From: a bacterium
GTDB taxonomy: Bacteria > Patescibacteriota > Minisyncoccia > UBA6257 > WO2-44-18
Direction of reading: 5' to 3'
Assembly: GCA_030646995.1 (NCBI GenBank)
Contig: JAUSKF010000005.1
Coordinates: 11,323 to 75,322 of the forward strand
Length of the DNA stretch: 64,000 bases
This document shows, one piece after another, positions 36,322-44,210 of the stretch. The number at the start of each line of letters is the position of its first letter. Within the stretch, counting starts at the first letter, position 1. The notes beneath the pieces are model-generated. The model saw nothing but the letters and a program-made list of their open reading frames with translations, made no database searches and was not told the DNA's origin. The translations under genes were made by a program, and so were the position numbers.

Positions 36322-36726
36322 TTATTCAGAATATTTTACTCTCCGGTTTTGGCGCTTCTCGCTGGTTTTTCGTTTGGAGGTGAGGCGCCTTTCTTTGGAA
36401 CTCTTCGTTGGTTTGGTGGGTTTGCGTTTTTTCTTGATGATTAGAGCTGCGGCGACTAGCTCCTGCAATTTTTCCATCGCGAGTGAGCGGTTTTGCTCTT
36501 GCGAGCGTTTTTTCTGGGCGACCACAATCAACTCACCATCTTGGCTGATTTTATTTTTTAATACTTTTTGAATACGAGATTTTTCTTCATCAGTAAAAGC
36601 CGCCGAGCTTTGAGGCCGCCAGCGCACCTCTACTTTTGTTTCTACTTTGTTTACGTTCTGCCCGCCCGGCCCGCCGGAGCGCGCGAAGCTTTCTGTAATT
36701 TCTTTTTCTGGAACTTTTGAACTCAT
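36322..36726 (-). CDS. arfB: Alternative ribosome rescue factor ArfB
   Basis: RSGGPGGQNVNKVET, RSQEQNR, basic tail RKPTKPTKSSKERRL. Confidence 0.95.
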   Translation of the reverse strand: MSSKVPEKEITESFARSGGPGGQNVNKVETKVEVRWRPQSSAAFTDEEKSRIQKVLKNKISQDGELIVVAQKKRSQEQNRSLAMEKLQELVAAALIIKKKRKPTKPTKSSKERRLTSKRKTSEKRQNRRVKYSE

Positions 36727-36840
36727 GTAGTTATATTATCAGAAACAAAAAATCCCCGGTAAGAATTTTGACAATAGAGTTTTTTGGTGCTATTATTCTT
36801 TTGCCTAGTGGCTAAACCCTAGTCGCTATTGGCTATCTTA

Positions 36841-37153
36841 GGGGATGACGGGCTTCGATAGAAATCTTTCTTCTTCAATTGCAAGTCGAGCTGAACCATC
36901 TCGTAAAACTGGTTCAAAACTTAACTGCTAATCAAAATTTAGCTTTAGCCTACGCTTAACTGCGTTAGCTCATCGGCGGCTTAATGTCTCGTAGGGCCAA
37001 TGCCGGTGTTATATTCGAGGATAAGAAATCGGACTTGAGGCCGGTTCCGATTTACGAAAATTAATGGTCTCGTCGTTCTAATTTATTAGATCTAAACTTG
37101 TAGAAGTTGCTGAAGAAAATTTTTAGATGTGAGTTCAACTCTCACCATCTCCA
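36841..37153 (+). ncRNA. ssrA: tmRNA; tag (A)ANQNLALAYA
   Basis: GGGGATG...CATCTCC-A acceptor stem, GTTCAACT T-loop, tag ORF 36927-36959. Confidence 0.95.
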
Positions 37154-37161
37154 CAAAAAGT

Positions 37162-37184
37162 AGACCGCCCTTCTTGGGCGGTTT
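37162..37184 (+). terminator. Terminator after ssrA
   Basis: AGACCGCCC-TTCTT-GGGCGGTTTT. Confidence 0.8.
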
Positions 37185-37388
37185 TACTTTTTCTGAGAGT
37201 TGAACAGCCGCACCCCGTGTTGGAAGGATTCGGAAACCAGAAGGTGTCCGAAGCGGGGGTCGGGGTGCGGCGAAGATGTTCAAGGCTGAGCGGAGCGAAT
37301 GCCCCTGCTCTCACCCATAAATTGACTCTAGAAATAAATCGTTCTATTGTTCTTCATAGGAGAACTGATATGAAAATCCTTAAAAAAT

Positions 37389-38462
37389 ATGTTAGATCAC
37401 AACGATAAACCGGGGCTTTACGGGATTGTAAACTCAAACAAAGACTTCACTAACGAGGCCTCTTGGGGCAAGAACCAATTCAATAATACTTTTCCGGCGG
37501 CCTTAGCGAGCTACATGGCGGCCAAAAATTTGACCCTTCCGTATATTAAGCTGGATAAGGATTTTTCTATATATCACGATTCCATTTCGGTTAAGCAACT
37601 ATTCGGAATTGATCCTGCGTCGCCGGAAATATTTTTTTCCTTTGAGTCAGAGTATGAGCCATATAGAGACTTAGTAGAGCAATGGCTGCCGAGAGTGGAT
37701 TTGGTTATAAAAAGAGGATCCAGCGGGCAGCTTGCCGCGCTAAAACCACTCGAGGTAAAGCTAACGGCCCTCCCGGATGACCAAACCTCGTCTTTTGGCG
37801 AAGAAGATTACGGTAGCGAACTAGTTGTAAGGCCTGACACAATCGTTTATCTTGCCCTAAGCATGGCTCATGCCGCGCGAAATAAGAAAGACATATTTGC
37901 AAAGGCCCTCCGGTCTGTATGTGATCAAAAAATTGATTGGACCAAAGAAGCCAAAGTGGAGCCCTTGATACCGAGACTAATCAAGGGGATAGATAAAATC
38001 TTGTTAGAAAATCCAGACTTAGAATCACCGCTCATGATACAACCCATTTGGAAAACCAAGGGGAAGTCGGTGGCTCTCACGGAAAACTGCCTAGATATAT
38101 TTGTTTGGAGTAATTTTGCACTAACAAGATTATTTATAAATCAGACATCGGACAATGGATCGATAACTAGGCCAGAGCGAACGATAGTGTGGTTGGCGAA
38201 AATGCTCCATCAATTTTCCATTAAAGGAAAGATTGACCACCAATTTATCATAGACTCTTACACTTACGGAACGAAGAATGACAAAGCATTTGCTATTGGC
38301 GGTCTCAGAACAAGAGAATATATGCGATCCCCAGAGATAATGAAACCGCGCATTACAAGATCTGAAATTAAAAACATTATTCTTGGTGGCGGAGAAAGAC
38401 TTCTAAGTCCCGAACGACGATTCGATGGCATTGTGCAGAACGCCGTCGACCTATTTTCATAG
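37389..38462 (+). CDS. Type II restriction endonuclease, HindVP family-like
   Basis: PGLYGI..SN.DF, WGKNQFN..FP, EVKLTALPD, LSPERRFD; next to a C5 methyltransferase. Confidence 0.85.
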   Translation: MLDHNDKPGLYGIVNSNKDFTNEASWGKNQFNNTFPAALASYMAAKNLTLPYIKLDKDFSIYHDSISVKQLFGIDPASPEIFFSFESEYEPYRDLVEQWLPRVDLVIKRGSSGQLAALKPLEVKLTALPDDQTSSFGEEDYGSELVVRPDTIVYLALSMAHAARNKKDIFAKALRSVCDQKIDWTKEAKVEPLIPRLIKGIDKILLENPDLESPLMIQPIWKTKGKSVALTENCLDIFVWSNFALTRLFINQTSDNGSITRPERTIVWLAKMLHQFSIKGKIDHQFIIDSYTYGTKNDKAFAIGGLRTREYMRSPEIMKPRITRSEIKNIILGGGERLLSPERRFDGIVQNAVDLFS

Positions 38463-38467
38463 ACGGA

Positions 38468-39436
38468 CTAGGCGAAAACCGCAATCTTCCTTTTATTAAT
38501 AGGGGTAGCTGATGCAGCTTCGGGCGTGCCATTTTGAATAAACTCTTTCAGTACCCCAGCGATAAATCTTGCTAAATTTACAGGAACTGCATTGCCGATT
38601 TGCTGCTCAACTTCTGTTCTCGATCCTTCAAATACAAACTTTTTTGGAAAGGTTTGAACTCTTGCTCTTTCGTGTGTCGTAAGAGGACGAACTTTACTTA
38701 GATCTTTTACGTAATCAAGAGAATGCCCCGGGTATCCTTTTGCCACGGGCCGATTTACGCCCCTTATCGTGGGGCTCGGCTCATCGATACTGAAAACCGC
38801 ACGACGATTATAATTTCTTGGATGGCGATAATAATACTCAATACCTAGTTCATTGCCAAAATACTCCCGCATCGTCATTGATTGCTCGCTCATTCTCGCT
38901 TCTATGATCGGCAAAGCGAAGCCATCTTTGGCATTAAGCGCCCCAATCATAAAAAATCTTTTGCGTTTTTGTGGTACTCCGCAGAAACTTGCGTCAAGAA
39001 TCTTTTCGGTTAAACCGTATCCGGCCTTTTTAAAAATAGCACGCGCCTCTACAAGTTTTCCTGATTTGGTAATTTGATCTACGTTCTCCATTAGAAACCA
39101 TTTTGGTTTTATTCCAGCAATAATTTTCGCATAGGACACGGAAAGGCCAGCTCTCCCCCCGTCCTCATCCCTTTTCCCGGCATGCGAAAAATCTTGGCAG
39201 GGTGGTCCACCAACTATTAAATCTGGCTTCATCTCTTTTAACGCACCTACACTTTTAGGAACGTTTGCCAAATCTAGGTCGAAAATTTCATGGTCGGTAA
39301 AATTCTTCCGATAAGTTGCTACGGCGGGCTCCCAATTATCCACTGCTCCAACTAAAGTAAACCCAGCCTGTTTAAAGCCTAGAGAGAGCCCCCCGCATCC
39401 AGCAAATAAGTCGATTGTTCTGATTTGTTTTTTCAT
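38468..39436 (-). CDS. DNA (cytosine-5) methyltransferase
   Basis: DLFAGCGG, GGPPCQDFS, ENV, PQKRKR, QIGNAVP. Confidence 0.96.
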   Translation of the reverse strand: MKKQIRTIDLFAGCGGLSLGFKQAGFTLVGAVDNWEPAVATYRKNFTDHEIFDLDLANVPKSVGALKEMKPDLIVGGPPCQDFSHAGKRDEDGGRAGLSVSYAKIIAGIKPKWFLMENVDQITKSGKLVEARAIFKKAGYGLTEKILDASFCGVPQKRKRFFMIGALNAKDGFALPIIEARMSEQSMTMREYFGNELGIEYYYRHPRNYNRRAVFSIDEPSPTIRGVNRPVAKGYPGHSLDYVKDLSKVRPLTTHERARVQTFPKKFVFEGSRTEVEQQIGNAVPVNLARFIAGVLKEFIQNGTPEAASATPINKRKIAVFA

Positions 39437-39458
39437 ATATTACTATGAGTTCATTATA

Positions 39459-40094
39459 TCAATCCCGCGCCTTCTTAATTACATCTATGACCATTCCGCT
39501 GATTTGATAGTCATCGTCCTCATGAATAAATATCGGGAAAAATTGCTGAGTTGATTCTGACTCTAGAACTATCCTCTTGTTTAGTTTGTCTACTAAAAAC
39601 TTTTTTATATTAGCCATTCCATCAATGACTGATACAACATATTCTCCTGAGTTAGGGTTTGCACTGCTTCCGTCAACGACAACGAAATCCCCATCTTCTA
39701 TATTCTTTTTAAATCGGCCTACTTTCGCTTTATTCATAGAGACCCCATTTGCCTGCAAAACAAACAAACGGCTTCCTATTGGGATAAACTTTTTAGAAAC
39801 CCTTAAATAACCGACTACGTTGGGATCGGCAAAAATTGTTGCCGGACCGCAGTTGGCCGATCCGACTATCGGCAAAGAAACCAAGTCACCCTCTTTAGAT
39901 ACGCTTGGCGAAATGCGAATTGATCGGCTGTGTGAGTCATATGAGATAAAACCTTTCTTGGCCAACTGAGAGAGGTGATGTTTGATCTTTTGTGCTGACT
40001 TCTCGCCAATCAAATCCCCGATGCCTCGGAGGGTAAAACCAGAAAGATCCTTTTCTTGTATAAATTTTAATAGCTTTTCCTGAGTTTCATGCAT
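39459..40094 (-). CDS. LexA/S24 family repressor-peptidase
   Basis: N-terminal wHTH (TLRGIG...HHLSQL.KKGFI), G.SM catalytic Ser, IKK catalytic Lys. Confidence 0.85.
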   Translation of the reverse strand: MHETQEKLLKFIQEKDLSGFTLRGIGDLIGEKSAQKIKHHLSQLAKKGFISYDSHSRSIRISPSVSKEGDLVSLPIVGSANCGPATIFADPNVVGYLRVSKKFIPIGSRLFVLQANGVSMNKAKVGRFKKNIEDGDFVVVDGSSANPNSGEYVVSVIDGMANIKKFLVDKLNKRIVLESESTQQFFPIFIHEDDDYQISGMVIDVIKKARD

Positions 40095-40444
40095 GAAGTT
40101 AGTATATCATATCGTCAAAAGTTATCAACATATAATCAACACTTTATTAAACGTTGATAGAGTTGACAAAGATAACCTAATAGCCGAAAATTAATCTTGA
40201 GAACAGTCTCCTGCCGACTCGCCACGAAGTCGGGTAGCGCTGGCGGCGATCGACTGCCTGATGAATTAATAAAGTGGCGAGGGATTATGAAGTTCGAAGA
40301 ACGACAAATGCCCCGGCGAGGGGGCACTTGGATTGAATGCCTGCTTATATTTTTACTCTTCAAGAATAGCCCTGAATGGTTGAGAGGGTCAAGGTGATCC
40401 TTCTCCACAGTCGTCTTCGTTATAAGTAATTCCTCTTAGTTTAT

Positions 40445-40681
40445 ATGCGGACCATAATTCACGTAGTTCCCCACAGAGGTGGTTTAACCATCCGTTGGGG
40501 AGTGAAGTACGCTAACGGCCTAACCTATTTGCATATTAATGCAGACAAAGTTGCGGCTGTAGCATACGCGTTGTCTTTGGCAAAGAATCTCCGACCTTCA
40601 CAGGTTAAAATCCATCGTCATGATGGAGTAATCCAGGAAGAAAGGACTTTCGGCCAAGATCCGGAAAGGTATCTAGGTTAA
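40445..40681 (+). CDS. DUF2188 family protein
   Basis: HVVP...W.VK, VKIHRHDGVIQEERTFGQDP. Confidence 0.82.
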   Translation: MRTIIHVVPHRGGLTIRWGVKYANGLTYLHINADKVAAVAYALSLAKNLRPSQVKIHRHDGVIQEERTFGQDPERYLG

Positions 40682-40731
40682 TATTGGTGAGCAGGCAACC
40701 GCCCCCATCGTCGGGGGCGGTTTTAGTTTAT

Positions 40732-41175
40732 TTAGTTCTTCGCTCTCCGCATTTCTCGGCCGACTTCGCGTTTCTTTATTGTTTCCCGTTTTTCGTATTG
40801 CTTCTTGCCGCGGGCGAGGCCCAGTTCAACTTTTACCAGATTTTTTTTCGTATACATTTTCAGCGGCAGAAGAGTCAGCCGTTCGGACTGCATCTTGGTA
40901 ATAAGATAAAGGATCTCTTTCTTATTCAGCAATAAGCGGCGCGGGCGGGTGTGGTTGTAGCCCTCGGGGGTGTTGGCGGATTGATAAGGAGGGATGTCGG
41001 CATTCGTCAGCCAGATTTCTCCTCCGCGGATGGTCGCAAAAACTCCCACCAGATTAGCGTGGCCGGCTTTTATCGATTTCACCTCAAAACCCAGAAGCTC
41101 AATTCCAGCCTCAAAAGTCTCGAGAATCTCGTAATTGAAGAAGGCTTTTTTGTTTTCCGCTAACGCCTGCGCCAT
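40732..41175 (-). CDS. smpB: SsrA-binding protein
   Basis: NKKAFFNY, EAGIELLGFEVKS, RRLLL, GKKQYEKRE. Confidence 0.97.
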   Translation of the reverse strand: MAQALAENKKAFFNYEILETFEAGIELLGFEVKSIKAGHANLVGVFATIRGGEIWLTNADIPPYQSANTPEGYNHTRPRRLLLNKKEILYLITKMQSERLTLLPLKMYTKKNLVKVELGLARGKKQYEKRETIKKREVGREMRRAKN

Positions 41176-41222
41176 TTTTTGATTATACTATGATAAGAAT
41201 AAGTAATAAGGAATAGAGAGAT

Positions 41223-42821
41223 ATGATTGAGCAAATCTACAAGCTTATAAAAGGAATAGTCGGCGAAGGCCCGAAGTTTAACGTAACGCCTTCCGAAAAG
41301 CCGGAATTCGGTCATTATGCGACCAACGTGGCTTTTATGGTCAAAGAAGACCCAGCGGTTTTGGTTGAAAAGTTGTTAGTCGTTGGTCGTGGGTTATTTT
41401 CCAAAGTTTCTGCCACGGGAAAGTTTATAAATTTTTGGATATCGCCCGAAGCTTTCCGCTTAGAGTTGAAAAATATTTTAAGCCAAGGGAAAAGCTATGG
41501 AGATTCAAAGATGGGCGGCGGTAAGCGAGTTCAGCTGGAATTTATTTCCGCTAACCCGACCGGCCCGCTCACGATGGCGAACGGCCGCGGTGGATTTTTA
41601 GGTGACGCGCTCGCTAATGTGCTGGAAAAATCGGGATACAGCGTGGAAAAAGAATATTATGTGAACGACGCCGGCAATCAGGTGCGTTTGCTTGGCGAAA
41701 GCATTTTGGCGATCGCCGGGAAAGTTGAGCCGGCGGAAAACCACTATAAGGGGGCCTACGTGAAAGATCTGGCGAAAGATTTGGATAAGGAAGTGCAAAA
41801 AGGAATCAATTCTGCCGATCTTGGGCGTTTAGCGGCAAACGTTTTGCTTCAGGGTGTTAAACAATCTGTTAAACAAGCCGGAATAAATTTTGATCATTGG
41901 TTCTCGGAATATGAAAATCTGCACCAGAAAGGAGAATTGAAAAAGACTTTGGAGTTTTTGGAGAAGGGCGGATTGGTTTTAGAACATGATGGAGCCAAAT
42001 GGTTGAAGGGTGGCACCGAGGAAGAGCAAAAAGACCGCGTGCTAGTGAAGTCCGACGGCCAGCCGACTTATTTTCTAGCTGACTTGGCTTATCACTATGA
42101 TAAATTCATCCGCCGGAAATTTGAGGAGGCGATTGTGATTTGGGGCGCCGATCATCATGGATATGTGGCTCGCTTAAAATCGGGTGTGGCGGCTTTGGGA
42201 GTGGACCCGAAAAATTTAAAAGTAATTCTCGCCCAGTTGGTGAGGCTTATTGAAGATGGCAAAGAAGTGAAGATGTCTAAGCGCTCGGGCGAGTTTATTA
42301 CCCTAGACGAATTGCTGGCGGAGGTAGGGAAAGATGCTGCCCGATTCTTTTTCTTGATGCACAATCCGGAAACGCATATGGATTTTGATATGACGCTTGC
42401 CAAAGAACGGTCACAGAAAAATCCGGTTTACTATGCGCAATATGCGGCAGTCCGGTGCGCGAGTATTTTAGGGAAAGTCAGTATTGCGCACCGAGTATTA
42501 AGTATTTTGTATAAAGTATTCAGTATATCGAAGGGAGACAATTTATCTTTATTGAAAGCGGAGAGTGAAATGAATCTAATGAAAGAGCTGGCGAAATTTC
42601 CGGACTTGGTTTTGCAGACCGCCAAAGATTATCAGGTCAGCCGCTTGGCGCGATATTCTTTGGAAGTCGCCCGGGCGCTGAATAATTTTTATGAAAAAGA
42701 GCATGTGCTGGTTGCCGATAGAGGATTGATGCGCGCGCGCCTGGCTTTAGTGAAGGCAACGCGAATAGTTTTGGAAAATACTTTAGGCTTACTCGGAGTT
42801 TCCATTCCGGCGAAGATGTAG
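41223..42821 (+). CDS. argS: Arginine--tRNA ligase
   Basis: EFISANPTGPL, YYVNDAG.Q, GADHHGY, KMSKRSG, NPVYYAQYA. Confidence 0.96.
   Translation: MIEQIYKLIKGIVGEGPKFNVTPSEKPEFGHYATNVAFMVKEDPAVLVEKLLVVGRGLFSKVSATGKFINFWISPEAFRLELKNILSQGKSYGDSKMGGGKRVQLEFISANPTGPLTMANGRGGFLGDALANVLEKSGYSVEKEYYVNDAGNQVRLLGESILAIAGKVEPAENHYKGAYVKDLAKDLDKEVQKGINSADLGRLAANVLLQGVKQSVKQAGINFDHWFSEYENLHQKGELKKTLEFLEKGGLVLEHDGAKWLKGGTEEEQKDRVLVKSDGQPTYFLADLAYHYDKFIRRKFEEAIVIWGADHHGYVARLKSGVAALGVDPKNLKVILAQLVRLIEDGKEVKMSKRSGEFITLDELLAEVGKDAARFFFLMHNPETHMDFDMTLAKERSQKNPVYYAQYAAVRCASILGKVSIAHRVLSILYKVFSISKGDNLSLLKAESEMNLMKELAKFPDLVLQTAKDYQVSRLARYSLEVARALNNFYEKEHVLVADRGLMRARLALVKATRIVLENTLGLLGVSIPAKM
42480..42528. repeat. 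In-frame 7-mer (AGTATTN-type) array in argS
   Basis: AGTATTG CGCACCG AGTATTA AGTATTT TGTATAA AGTATTC AGTATAT. Confidence 0.75.
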
Positions 42822-42854
42822 TAATTTGTTAACAGAACTTTTGAGGAGTCTCCA

Positions 42855-43139
42855 ATGATTTTTCTGATGGTGATTCTTGTGTGGGGCCTTTTCGGTTTTC
42901 TGGCCTACGGACTTGATAAGGGTAAGTACCGAGATCAGCTTCGCCGCGCAGAAATGAAAGCTTCTAATTATGGGCAAGCTGGCCGAGATGAAATCCGGCA
43001 TTGGATAGTCGGACTAATGGGGCCGATTTGGTTGGCGGCGTTGATGATCAGTTTGGTTGAATTGTGTTTTTTACAGAAGGATTTGAGATTTTGGAAGTAC
43101 TTGTTTTTTTGCCTGAAGCTACCAAAAGAATTGAAATAG
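42855..43139 (+). CDS. Orphan small membrane protein
   Basis: GAGGAG SD, two hydrophobic segments, terminator ~43185-43215. Confidence 0.65.
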   Translation: MIFLMVILVWGLFGFLAYGLDKGKYRDQLRRAEMKASNYGQAGRDEIRHWIVGLMGPIWLAALMISLVELCFLQKDLRFWKYLFFCLKLPKELK

Positions 43140-43253
43140 CTCGACCCATTCGACGAGTTAAGGTCAAGCTGGCTCATTATAAATAAAAACCCCCGATTTC
43201 TTGGGGGATTTTTGTTTTCATTGCCCACTATACCCTATTGGCTTTTGGCTATT

Positions 43254-44090
43254 CTATTTGAATCGTAGCATCAGACCGAGGCCAAGTTCTTTTCGGTCAG
43301 ACGTGCCGGCTCTAGTATAGCCGGCGTCGGCGAATACCCAAATGCCTTTGTAAATCTTTACATCCAACTCGGCTGTGATTCCGTATCTGTCCGAGCCTTC
43401 GGAAAACATCCAGAACGGTTTGAGGTGGAGTTCAGCCCGATTATCATAGGTAAAATCAATCGGAAGTTCCAGGGCGGCGAAAGCACAACTCTCTTCTCGG
43501 CTGTACAACTCTTTGATTGCTGATGGCTCGCGGTTGTTCACGAAGAGCTTCGGTTTCAGCTGAAACTTCAACTGCCACTCATCTCCTCGGAGAAATCCCG
43601 GCCCTTTAAGTTTTAGGAAGTCGATCTCCGCGAACAGCCAGTCTTTAGACTTCCCTCCGACGCCTTTGAATTTCGCGTCGGCGTTGTGCCAGCTGTGATG
43701 GCCATAGCCAATCCTGAAGCGTTCATTCAACTCATCTCCCAGAAAGAAAGCGCTTATCTTCGCTTCCGCGTCCAGTCCGACTCGGGAGATTTGATTTTCC
43801 CTCGAAACCCAGAAATATGGGTAAGCCTTGATGTGAAAATACTTGCAGACTGCCGCATTGGCGACCAATCCAATCTCTTCATCCGCATGATCATCGTTGC
43901 CGCGGTAGTCCAGCTTGATCTGATCAGGCTCATCATTAATCAGGAATTGCTTTACTCGAACTTCGCCGCTTAGTTCGAAAATAGAGGATTCTTCCTTTTC
44001 CGGTGCCTGCCTGTCCGGTAGGCTGGGCTCTTCAGCGTAAGTCTGACTGATCAAAAAGAAGAAGGTAATAACTGCCAGAATTTTTTTCAC
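43254..44090 (-). CDS. Secreted beta-strand-rich protein, outer-membrane-barrel-like (probable GTG start 44090)
   Basis: Sec signal, amphipathic strands, C-terminal ELGLGLMLRFK; TTGACA-18-TAAGAT promoter. Confidence 0.7.
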   Translation of the reverse strand: MKKILAVITFFFLISQTYAEEPSLPDRQAPEKEESSIFELSGEVRVKQFLINDEPDQIKLDYRGNDDHADEEIGLVANAAVCKYFHIKAYPYFWVSRENQISRVGLDAEAKISAFFLGDELNERFRIGYGHHSWHNADAKFKGVGGKSKDWLFAEIDFLKLKGPGFLRGDEWQLKFQLKPKLFVNNREPSAIKELYSREESCAFAALELPIDFTYDNRAELHLKPFWMFSEGSDRYGITAELDVKIYKGIWVFADAGYTRAGTSDRKELGLGLMLRFK

Positions 44091-44210
44091 GGGGCCTCTT
44101 CCTATAAAACAACTGACCACATCTTAGATGTTTACGGGTGGTAATGTCAACCGAATTTCTATATATTATGTAGGTAACCTGCACACATAAAGCTATGTGT
44201 GGGACACAGT

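Noticed and set aside
40258-40292. Hammerhead ribozyme from CTGATGA
   Set aside because: No convincing stem II followed by GAAA, and no stem III/UH site
37153-40731. Prophage or integrative element at ssrA
   Set aside because: No integrase, phage genes or duplicated ssrA 3' end visible
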